64,000 nt of DNA from a virus (taxonomy: Duplodnaviria; Caudoviricetes), in IMG/VR virus record IMGVR_UViG_3300037692_000137, positions 32,001 to 96,000 of that record; one strand, 5' to 3'. Every line of letters starts with the position of its first letter. Positions within the stretch are counted from its first letter, which is position 1. Positions 16,317-24,528 of the stretch are shown here, in pieces. The translations under genes were made by a program, and so were the position numbers. A model generated the notes under the pieces. The model worked only from the letters and a program-made list of their open reading frames with translations. It searched no databases and was not told the origin of the DNA.

Positions 16317-17900
16317 CTACAACAAGATCGGCCTTTCGGCAATAAGCCCGCCTGTGCCAAATGCTCTGCACTTTAATGACTTACACACCTTGCCTTTTTT
16401 TAAATACTCTTTTATACAAAATGATGGTTTTGTTGTTTTAAAAGTTAGTATGTCATCATCCAATAAGTGTGCAAATAAATCCTCTGCACCTTTATTAATG
16501 GGCTCCGATTCTAAAACCCATGTGTATGCTACAGGTTTTACATGGTAACTTGTTAATTTTGCTTCAACATCGCCATTATTTCTTAGTAAATTCATATGTA
16601 CAGGTTGATATATATTACACTCAAGTTCTATATCAGTGGCAGTTTTTAGTTCTACGGTTATTTTCCCTTTGGATAGGCGTTCTATGTCGGCTGCAACTGC
16701 CTGAGCTGTATTATCTCCGCCAGAAGTATAGCCCATAGAACTTATAAACCTAATTGTGCAATTTTCCCAACCATACTGCTGCATCTTCTGTAAGGCCACA
16801 TGATGCATACTTCTGATATCAGGCCCTCCTATTCTAGAACTATATTTTTTTGCTTGATACACCAATCTACGATTTAAACAAGTACCGTCCGTGCCGCCAT
16901 CGGCCCGTTGTTTTTTATTTGGTGTACCACCATCCATACGTATATAGTATGTTTCCCAAGAGAATGCGTCTAATAAATCGGGGTTCTTATTTATAAAACT
17001 TTTTTCTACTTCTTCATTCTTTGAAAATGGTATATTGGCTTTTTCTAATCGAAAAACAGTTCTATTAAATGCATTTATGTCGAAATCCATACCTATGGCA
17101 TGTCTGTCCATTTCCGCGGCGGCCAATACGGTGGTGCCTCCACCCATATAAGGGTCTACTATGATGTCCCCAGGATTGGTAAAGGTATGTATTATTTTTT
17201 TATATAAACCTAAGGGCTTCTCGGTGTTAGCTTTTTGTTCCATTTGTTGCCAGCCAGCGGGCACAGGGGCTATAGATCCATAATCAGGTTCATATAAAAA
17301 GGGCCAGTTTTCTTTTTCAGCTAAGTACCTCTCATAGGCTTCGGTTCTTACATCCCAAACCCAAGTAAATGGTGTGCCTTTACTCTCGGTGTCAATCTTA
17401 ACCATTGCTGAGGTGCAACCTACACTTTTTGTTCCTAAAGAATAAGGTCTAAAAGTTGGGTTGTAAACCCACCCGTGGTTACTCTTACAGAAAACCAAAA
17501 TGGTGTCATGTTTACTTGGTACATCTTTTTTAGATATACCACCCCCAGAGTAAGACCATATAATTGTACCTCTATAGTGCATGTTAAGCGATCTTAAAGA
17601 CTGCTCGATATAAAATCTCATAGTATCATCACAATGACAAATTATATTACCCGTTTTTTTGAGGGCGCGATACATTTCAGCGAATCGTTGCTCCATGTTT
17701 AACATGTATGTGGATTTGCCACCTTTCCATATGTCAGCCATAATCTGTATCGTACCCTCGTCATCAGGGGAACTTGTGTACACTCTATTAGAATTGTACA
17801 ATGGATCAAATATAAAATGATCTATACTGCAATCATCTAATTTTCTTAATTCATCTATATTATCCTTTGTCTGTATTATTCTAATTGACATTGATAGCAC
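16317..17900 (-). CDS. Beta-class N4/N6 DNA methyltransferase fused to an Mrr-like PD-(D/E)XK domain
   Basis: FDPLYN (motif IV variant), TEKP..L, DPYMGGGTT (motif I); C-terminal DGGTDG..YQAKKY...IGGPDIR. Confidence 0.8.
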   Translation of the reverse strand: MLSMSIRIIQTKDNIDELRKLDDCSIDHFIFDPLYNSNRVYTSSPDDEGTIQIMADIWKGGKSTYMLNMEQRFAEMYRALKKTGNIICHCDDTMRFYIEQSLRSLNMHYRGTIIWSYSGGGISKKDVPSKHDTILVFCKSNHGWVYNPTFRPYSLGTKSVGCTSAMVKIDTESKGTPFTWVWDVRTEAYERYLAEKENWPFLYEPDYGSIAPVPAGWQQMEQKANTEKPLGLYKKIIHTFTNPGDIIVDPYMGGGTTVLAAAEMDRHAIGMDFDINAFNRTVFRLEKANIPFSKNEEVEKSFINKNPDLLDAFSWETYYIRMDGGTPNKKQRADGGTDGTCLNRRLVYQAKKYSSRIGGPDIRSMHHVALQKMQQYGWENCTIRFISSMGYTSGGDNTAQAVAADIERLSKGKITVELKTATDIELECNIYQPVHMNLLRNNGDVEAKLTSYHVKPVAYTWVLESEPINKGAEDLFAHLLDDDILTFKTTKPSFCIKEYLKKGKVCKSLKCRAFGTGGLIAERPILL

Positions 17901-17931
17901 CGCCTCTTAAATATATTTGATGTTTTAAGCA

Positions 17932-18252
17932 TCAAGTTTTATTAATTTTATGTACTTTTTTATGACAATTACTACATAGTGTAGTCAAATTAGCCATAGG
18001 TTCATTCCAAGGATACCTTTTAGTGTACTGTAAATGATGTACATGCAGTTCTGTTTCAGGGTCCTTACATCTTGTACAACGCCAGTTATCTCTTTGAAAA
18101 ACCTTTAAACGTTTCTTCTGCCACTTAGGATGTTTAAGGGCTTTATGATACTCTTCTTTTGAAAGCCTGTCAACATTTTTTGGTTGTTTAGCTACAACTT
18201 TTTTCTTCGGAACTACCTTGTTTAAATTCTTTTTCTTTCTTAATTTTTTCAT
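17932..18252 (-). CDS. HNH endonuclease
   Basis: RDNWRCTRC..LHVHH..NLTTLCSNCHKKVH. Confidence 0.85.
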   Translation of the reverse strand: MKKLRKKKNLNKVVPKKKVVAKQPKNVDRLSKEEYHKALKHPKWQKKRLKVFQRDNWRCTRCKDPETELHVHHLQYTKRYPWNEPMANLTTLCSNCHKKVHKINKT

Positions 18253-19192
18253 TGTCTACCCTTCCACAACTTAGATCATTATAATCACAATTTGGTAGTT
18301 TATGTACTTTTTTATGGCATTTTTTACAGAGCGTTATACAATTATCAATATCTGCTGACTCTATTGGATTCTGTCCTACACCCGTAATATGATGACAGTG
18401 TAGCTCACCGTGTTCTTTATCACAAATCTGACAAGTCCATTCGTCCCGTCCTAAGACCATTTTACGTAGGGCTGGCTGCACCTCACGTGATGTAGCCGAT
18501 TTAAATCCTTTAGGATACTTAACTTGCCTGTATATACTACACGCTGATTTACAACCAGAAGAACAATAAAATCTGTTCTCCGAGGTAGTCTTATTATTAA
18601 GCGAAAGTAGTCTATTTTTTACCTCTGTCCTAGTTGGTCTAAATATCTTACCACAATAAGTACACTCAACCCCTAGTAACTTTAATCCTCTTTCAACTAT
18701 TATTTCCGTATGCTCACAGTATAACATAGAAGCGTAGGTCTTGTACAGAGGCAAATCGTTTTTTATAACCCCTCTATCGTCTTTTATCTTTTTCCTACTA
18801 TTACTAGCTAAACAACCACAGCTTTTGACACTGCCGTTTTTTAAATGTGTGCCAGCAACCAATTTCTCCTTACCACAATCACACAAACATAACCATCTAT
18901 ACCTACCATCTTTAGTTTTTGTATCAGTAACTTCTTTCACTACCAATTTACCAAAACGCCTTCCTGTTATATCTAGTTTTGGGCCACAGATACGTTTGAC
19001 CAGACCTTCCAAATGTAAACAACCACAACTCTTAGTGTTGCTGTGTGTGAGAGCTGAAGCTCTAACGTTTATATAATTACCACAAGAACATAAACACTTC
19101 CATAACACATCCCCCTGAGGTGACCTACCATTTTCTTTTACTACTGTTAGTCTCCCAAAAACTTTATCTTTTAAATTAGTATTTTTTCTCAT
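18188..19192 (-). CDS. HNH homing endonuclease with repeated N-terminal DNA-binding modules
   Basis: Two FG(R/K)LxV..W.C.C.CG..KSCGC repeats; RDEWTCQIC..LHCHH..NCITLCKKCH. Confidence 0.88.
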   Translation of the reverse strand: MRKNTNLKDKVFGRLTVVKENGRSPQGDVLWKCLCSCGNYINVRASALTHSNTKSCGCLHLEGLVKRICGPKLDITGRRFGKLVVKEVTDTKTKDGRYRWLCLCDCGKEKLVAGTHLKNGSVKSCGCLASNSRKKIKDDRGVIKNDLPLYKTYASMLYCEHTEIIVERGLKLLGVECTYCGKIFRPTRTEVKNRLLSLNNKTTSENRFYCSSGCKSACSIYRQVKYPKGFKSATSREVQPALRKMVLGRDEWTCQICDKEHGELHCHHITGVGQNPIESADIDNCITLCKKCHKKVHKLPNCDYNDLSCGRVDNEKIKKEKEFKQGSSEEKSCS

Positions 19193-19199
19193 ATAACCT

Positions 19200-19234
19200 C
19201 CTATGTATTAATGTAAATTACATTAATACATAGG
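19200..19234 (-). promoter_or_regulatory. 17-bp perfect inverted repeat overlapping the SD of the HNH gene
   Basis: CCTATGTATTAATGTAA-N-TTACATTAATACATAGG; on the minus strand it ends in TAGG of the TAGGAGG SD. Confidence 0.65.
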
Positions 19235-19242
19235 ATAGTTAA

Positions 19243-19896
19243 TTAAATATACTCTTTAACGCCCCTAAATGTAAGTCTGTGATACTCGCATGGGCCATAT
19301 AGCCTAATAGCCTCCAGGTGCTGTTTGGTTCCATAAGCTTTGTTAGTTTTCCAACCATAGATAGGAAAAATTTTGTCCAGCTCGTACATGATACGGTCTC
19401 TTATTACTTTAGCCACAACACTTGCCGCGGCTATGGATAATACCTTAGAGTCGCCTTTAATAATTGGGCACTGTGTAGTTGCTATACTTTTAAGTTTTAT
19501 TGGGCCGTCTATAAAAAGGTAGTCGTAAGGAATATCCAAATCATACAGGGCCATTTTCATGGCTAATTTGGTGGCTTCTAGTATATTGATAGCGTCTATT
19601 ATTTTTTGATCTATAACACCTATACCTATATCACAAGTAGTGCTTAGTTCCCTGGCTAATTCTACTCGCTTAGCCTCCATTAGTTGTTTAGAGTCAGTGA
19701 CTCTACCAATGAACTGGGACATAGTATTAGGAGGCATGTAAACAGCAGCAGCCACTACTGGCCCGGCGCAGGCGCCCCTTCCAACTTCGTCTATACCAAC
19801 CGGATGAGTAAAGCCGAGACTTAGCGCCTCGGCTTCATAGGTGTAATCAGGAAACAACTTCATCAGGGTCCGCCGCGGTAGATCTAATTTTAGCAA
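19243..19896 (-). CDS. rnhB: Ribonuclease HII
   Basis: GIDEVGRG..AGPVVAAAV, DSKQL, IDG, IKGD..SIAAASVVAKV.RD; start perhaps MKLFPD (19863). Confidence 0.93.
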   Translation of the reverse strand: MLKLDLPRRTLMKLFPDYTYEAEALSLGFTHPVGIDEVGRGACAGPVVAAAVYMPPNTMSQFIGRVTDSKQLMEAKRVELARELSTTCDIGIGVIDQKIIDAINILEATKLAMKMALYDLDIPYDYLFIDGPIKLKSIATTQCPIIKGDSKVLSIAAASVVAKVIRDRIMYELDKIFPIYGWKTNKAYGTKQHLEAIRLYGPCEYHRLTFRGVKEYI

Positions 19897-20221
19897 GACA
19901 ATCCGGAGTAGTAACAGTCGTATCTTCTAAATAAGAATATTTAGGTGTGGTTACTTCTGCGGTGGCTAACTGGGCTTCACGTAACTTGGTTAAAGCCTTG
20001 AGTCTTTTTCTACGTGCGGCGCCGTCTACTTCCCAAATCGGGGCATATCTACTGACAGGTTTAGATCTAACAACAAGCTTAGTTACATCCAACTGGTAGT
20101 GTAGACAGAATCTACGTTTGTTACCTCTAACCTTATCTTTTTTAATTAGACACCTAGTGGTATCTTCATTACGATTTTTACAATTACCACATCTAACCTT
20201 TTTAACATTGTCTTCTTGCAT
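19847..20221 (-). CDS. Hypothetical protein (Cys-rich N-terminus)
   Basis: ORF track, 124 aa; AAGGAG SD. Confidence 0.6.
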   Translation of the reverse strand: MQEDNVKKVRCGNCKNRNEDTTRCLIKKDKVRGNKRRFCLHYQLDVTKLVVRSKPVSRYAPIWEVDGAARRKRLKALTKLREAQLATAEVTTPKYSYLEDTTVTTPDCLAKIRSTAADPDEVVS

Positions 20222-20231
20222 GTAAGTCTCC

Positions 20232-20378
20232 TTATAAACCTAATTCATCTTCGTCGTCTTCGTCGTCCTTGATTTTTAAATAGTCACTTAGTTCATCGAT
20301 GTTATTAAAAAACTTATCAGTATCCATGTCTATATCCACTAAACCCTCAATAAACGCATCTACGTCATCATCGGCCAT
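20232..20378 (-). CDS. Small highly acidic protein (48 aa)
   Basis: Manual: AGGAGG SD; MADDDVDAFIEGLVDIDMDTDKFFNNIDELSDYLKIKDDEDDEDELGL. Confidence 0.65.
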   Translation of the reverse strand: MADDDVDAFIEGLVDIDMDTDKFFNNIDELSDYLKIKDDEDDEDELGL

Positions 20379-20401
20379 AATAATCCTCCTAGTAGTGTTA
20401 T

Positions 20402-20989
20402 CTAAGCACACTTATTTTTATTAATATATTTTTGTATATCTTGTAGTTTATCTATTCGTATGACCTTATTGTTAGTATACCATCTATTATAAGGCCTGTC
20501 AATTAAAAAGTTTAATGCTTTAGTGTTGGCTAGCACTGTCTCTATATTAACTACATGGTCATCAACGTAAATATCCAACTTTAATTCTCTTCCTAAAATA
20601 CCCTTACTAGTATTATGCCCTATAACATGTAGTGACGTATAAGGTATACCGTGTGTAGCAAACCATTTCTGTGTTGATAACAAAGTGGTTTCAGGGCGCG
20701 CTGTTATAAAATGAACCGAATGACCAGAAGCTAATAAATTTTTTATTACTTTGTCTACCCCAGAGTAGGGTTGTGCTTTATATAAGTAATCCGCGTCATT
20801 AACCCAGGATATAATATCATCTGCAATACTTTTATTCGTTTTATCACAGTCCGTATATTGGTTAGAGAAAAAGTTATACTCAGCAAATGTAGCCATAGTT
20901 TGTTTAACTCCCCATTTCAAATGAACGGAGTCTAATAGTGCAGTCAGTAAATTACATACAACCTCGTCAACATCTACACCTATATTCAT
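20402..20989 (-). CDS. HAD-family 5'(3')-deoxyribonucleotidase-like protein
   Basis: IGVDVDEVV, FITAR, KG, YVDD, PYN. Confidence 0.85.
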   Translation of the reverse strand: MNIGVDVDEVVCNLLTALLDSVHLKWGVKQTMATFAEYNFFSNQYTDCDKTNKSIADDIISWVNDADYLYKAQPYSGVDKVIKNLLASGHSVHFITARPETTLLSTQKWFATHGIPYTSLHVIGHNTSKGILGRELKLDIYVDDHVVNIETVLANTKALNFLIDRPYNRWYTNNKVIRIDKLQDIQKYINKNKCA

Positions 20990-21198
20990 TTTGTATGTCT
21001 CAAATAATAGTTTAATGCCTCTATAGCTAGCACTAATTCATATTCAGTAAGACACACGGAATACGGTTTATCTGTGCCACTTATAGCCCCAAGGACTGTC
21101 CTCATTTTATTTTCTGCTAAACTGGCTGTACTTAAACGTTTTTCATGAAATCCGTCACAGTATTGTTTGTAGCCTTCAACTGTTGTTGTGTCCGCCAT
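20986..21198 (-). CDS. Hypothetical protein
   Basis: ORF track, 70 aa; follows the promoter at 21258. Confidence 0.55.
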   Translation of the reverse strand: MADTTTVEGYKQYCDGFHEKRLSTASLAENKMRTVLGAISGTDKPYSVCLTEYELVLAIEALNYYLRHTK

Positions 21199-21239
21199 GT
21201 CTACACCTACTATTAAACGTTAATTAAAATACTACTAAA

Positions 21240-21286
21240 CGAGATATTATGTTTTATATCATAACACATAATATCTCGCTTGTCAA
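21240..21286 (-). promoter_or_regulatory. sigma70-type promoter overlapped by a 13-bp-arm inverted repeat (operator-like)
   Basis: TTGACA-17nt-TATGAT; arms CGAGATATTATGT (21240-21252) and ACATAATATCTCG (21266-21278). Confidence 0.7.
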
Positions 21287-21306
21287 CAGTTAATTGCCTT
21301 ATATGT

Positions 21307-23823
21307 CTAGTCACAACGAGAGTATGAACAACTTACACACTTAATACAGCTCTCTGATCTTACTAGGCCGTCTTCTCCACATACTGGACATACATTGGAA
21401 CTCTTTTCATATCTATACTGTTTTATGTATGAACTTAAAACTCTTGCTACTACCGCACTAAAATCAGTTATCTCACCATTAGCTTTACGTAGTTGTTGTT
21501 GAATAAACTCAAGTGGCGTACCATGTCGCAGTGCCAAACTAATTAAACGTGTTAAAGCACGTTGGTTAGATGTCATTAAAACATGTGCTAGATCTTTATA
21601 TTCTACCTCAGCCTGTCTAATGGTTATTTCTAAAGAGTACTTACCTCCGCCCTTTTTAACTATTTTACCTGATTTACATGTCTTTGGTACATACAAGCCT
21701 TCTTCTACCTCGCCCGCGAAAATTTCGTAAGGATCACCTTCCATAAGCCCAATAATAACAAGCCATGGAATACCTCTAACAGAGCAGTGGTGGATACTAC
21801 ATTCCAACGAGTCAGGCCTTTTAGGTGCACAAACAGGCATTATACGAGCGGGCCTGTTTTCTGGACTACATAATGGTTGCACTGGTTTATTATCAAACTT
21901 AGCTTTGTTTGTTATTGGATCTTCAAATATAAGAATACCTTCTCTAGAACCATCAACGTACACGGCTACAGCCCTAACGTCATTATCATAAGCGGCCATA
22001 TAAATATCTTCTACATCTTTTATAGTGGCTGTACTTGGTAAATTATATGTACAGCTAATAGAAGCATCCAGCCATTTATACACAGCAGACATAAGCTGTA
22101 TTTTTCGTTGTGGATCAATCTCATGCGCTGGTTTAAAAAACCCCTCTGGAACATATTTTTTAATTATGCTTATAATCTCTAAACCATATTTACCATCTTC
22201 ATCTAAAGTAGCGCCGCCAAAAGACACAAACCTTTCGTAGTCATTAGACTCTGGGTCCATTTTAGACATAACATACTCTCTTAACCTATCTGGCATCATA
22301 AAGTAATGTGTGTAGTTACCTTTATCAATAGCCCTTGTACGTCTCCAATAATACAACCCCATTACAGGCTCGATACCTGAAGAAATACATGGGGATGGGA
22401 AGGTACTAGAAAGTGATCCAGCAGGCGCTATACTCATATGTGCCATGTTACGCATGTACTTTACCTTAGTAGCGTCACCATCAAAGAACTCATTAACGAT
22501 ATTTCTAAAATATGTTGTATTCATATAAAGAGTTTTATCTTCAATGAGTCTAAATGCGAGTGCGTCTCCCTTCTCCTCACCTAAAGCCATAGAAGCCTTA
22601 AAAACTTGATGTGCGTAGCACTTCATAAACTTCTCTACAGCTACCGCAGCCTCCTCTGAATCATAAGCCAGATTTTGTTTTAATAGCCAGCCATGTAAAT
22701 TTGTTATACCCATACCAATTTCACGTAGTTGCTCTACAATCCATCGTTGTTGTGGTACTGGGCTTAAATTATTGCATAGCTCATAGTCAATAACATTGTC
22801 CGCCAGACGTACCATTAACGGCACTATGGCCTCCAATTCTTTTGTATACTCTTCTTCTAAAGTAGAAAAATTTTCCATATTACTAGAAGAAAGATTACAG
22901 ACAGAGTAAGGGGCCATAAACTTTTCAGAACAAGCATTACTACTATGTGGTAAGAACCTAATATCACCAGTATAGTCATAAATAGCCTTATACATAATAC
23001 TATTCTGTAAAAGATTTCTATACTGTATGCCGGGTTCAGCAGTTTTCCACGCACGTGCTGCTATGTTACTAAACAGTTTTTTAGCATCTACCGACTTGGT
23101 TATTACCTCACCAGTACCTTTTACTTCAAAGTGCAGTTCCCATTCAGTTTCAGCTTTAACAGCGTCCATAAAGTCATTAGTAATCTGAACAGATATGTTG
23201 GCATTATTTATTTTTGTAAGGTCATCTTTACAAGAAATAAATTCTTCTATATCTGGATGACTTACAATAAGTGATTCCAAGAGGGCAGGCTTACGACCTT
23301 GTTGACCGACATAATCTCCGACCCTGTTTATTTTATCCATCCATGGTACTACACCGGTAGACTCGCAAGCAGCATTACTGAGCTTACTACCACGAGGACG
23401 CAAATTTGAAAAGTCAATGCCTATACCTTGCCTATAGGCAGCGCACTTCATAACGTCGTACTCACATTGAGATATAGACTCTAGTGTATCTTCGTATAAG
23501 GGTATGGTAGTACAATTTTGTGTAGAGCTTTTTCTATTAGAACCTATACTTGACATAATACTACCGCCAGGCCGGAACCAGCCTTCCCACATTAGGGAAA
23601 ACCAAACAGCCCTGTAGTAAGAAATTTTAACTAAATCTTTTTCCATATTAGCTAAACCATCAGCTATGCGCCAAAAAACCTCGGCAGGAGTCTCCTTTGT
23701 ACCGTCTGCTTTGGTCATTGCATACTTGGCTTTAAAAATGTCAATGGAATAAGAATTATTAGAGAAGTATTCTTCTGTAGAGATATTTTTTACTTTTTCA
23801 AATTGAACATTAGGTTTGTACAT
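21307..23823 (-). CDS. nrdJ: Class II (adenosylcobalamin-dependent) ribonucleotide reductase with TSCPD and Zn-ribbon C-terminus
   Basis: FRPGG, QNCTT, SNACSE, VCNLSS, IAPAGS, SSGIEP, KRPDSL, CPVCG..CIKCVSCSYSRC. Confidence 0.92.
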   Translation of the reverse strand: MYKPNVQFEKVKNISTEEYFSNNSYSIDIFKAKYAMTKADGTKETPAEVFWRIADGLANMEKDLVKISYYRAVWFSLMWEGWFRPGGSIMSSIGSNRKSSTQNCTTIPLYEDTLESISQCEYDVMKCAAYRQGIGIDFSNLRPRGSKLSNAACESTGVVPWMDKINRVGDYVGQQGRKPALLESLIVSHPDIEEFISCKDDLTKINNANISVQITNDFMDAVKAETEWELHFEVKGTGEVITKSVDAKKLFSNIAARAWKTAEPGIQYRNLLQNSIMYKAIYDYTGDIRFLPHSSNACSEKFMAPYSVCNLSSSNMENFSTLEEEYTKELEAIVPLMVRLADNVIDYELCNNLSPVPQQRWIVEQLREIGMGITNLHGWLLKQNLAYDSEEAAVAVEKFMKCYAHQVFKASMALGEEKGDALAFRLIEDKTLYMNTTYFRNIVNEFFDGDATKVKYMRNMAHMSIAPAGSLSSTFPSPCISSGIEPVMGLYYWRRTRAIDKGNYTHYFMMPDRLREYVMSKMDPESNDYERFVSFGGATLDEDGKYGLEIISIIKKYVPEGFFKPAHEIDPQRKIQLMSAVYKWLDASISCTYNLPSTATIKDVEDIYMAAYDNDVRAVAVYVDGSREGILIFEDPITNKAKFDNKPVQPLCSPENRPARIMPVCAPKRPDSLECSIHHCSVRGIPWLVIIGLMEGDPYEIFAGEVEEGLYVPKTCKSGKIVKKGGGKYSLEITIRQAEVEYKDLAHVLMTSNQRALTRLISLALRHGTPLEFIQQQLRKANGEITDFSAVVARVLSSYIKQYRYEKSSNVCPVCGEDGLVRSESCIKCVSCSYSRCD

Positions 23824-23831
23824 AGTTATTA

Positions 23832-24317
23832 TTACCCCTTGACAATGGTAGTATTAAAAGCAGATTTACCGGTAGATCCGAAGCCACCTCTTGCATCACC
23901 ATCTAGTACGTCTACTACTTCAAACGTTAGTTTGGGTTGGATCTTATTTAACCTAAATTGACAAATTCTATCATTCATTTTTATAGTGGTACCCCTTATA
24001 GCATAGGCCATAAAACGCCAAATATCTTGATCTCCGGAATATGAATTATCAACAACACCGTAGTGGTTTGCCTGTAGTATACCAAACTTAACGGCTGTGG
24101 AACTTCTTGGTACAATGTTAGCCTCATAACCGGCCGGTAGTTTCATACTCACACCTAAAGAAATTAGTTTTAAATCCCCTTGTTCAAGTGTTATATCCTC
24201 AGCTGCGCGTAAATCAATCCAATCCCCAATGCTAATTTTTTCCATACGTATTAAATCCTCAACGTGATACTTAATTTTAATTACTAATTCCTTATCACCA
24301 CATTTACAAGTTGCCAT
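23832..24317 (-). CDS. dut: Trimeric dUTPase
   Basis: IDLRAAE, PRSS, GVVDNSY.G, RICQF, RGGFGSTG. Confidence 0.93.
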   Translation of the reverse strand: MATCKCGDKELVIKIKYHVEDLIRMEKISIGDWIDLRAAEDITLEQGDLKLISLGVSMKLPAGYEANIVPRSSTAVKFGILQANHYGVVDNSYSGDQDIWRFMAYAIRGTTIKMNDRICQFRLNKIQPKLTFEVVDVLDGDARGGFGSTGKSAFNTTIVKG

Positions 24318-24525
24318 TACATACCTCCGTGTTATTAATTAATTCTTCTTCTAAGACATCATGTCCGATGCCTGTAGATAAGTCTATTACTTTATAAATT
24401 ATTGAATCATTTATATATTTACCAGTAACAGTAAATACTGGTAGTATCTTGCTAGCTTTAGCTATAAGTTTAGAACAACAGAGTGTGCTTATAGCGGCCA
24501 TTACTATGCGTTTTTTATTAAGCAT
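24304..24525 (-). CDS. Hypothetical protein
   Basis: ORF track, 73 aa; between polA and dut. Confidence 0.45.
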   Translation of the reverse strand: MLNKKRIVMAAISTLCCSKLIAKASKILPVFTVTGKYINDSIIYKVIDLSTGIGHDVLEEELINNTEVCNGNL

Positions 24526-24528
24526 ATA

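Noticed and set aside
9278-24317. Uracil- or hypermodified-pyrimidine DNA inferred from the nucleotide genes
   Set aside because: UDG, dUTPase, dCMP deaminase and ThyX together point to ordinary dTTP synthesis; no hydroxymethylase or base-modifying kinase was recognised.
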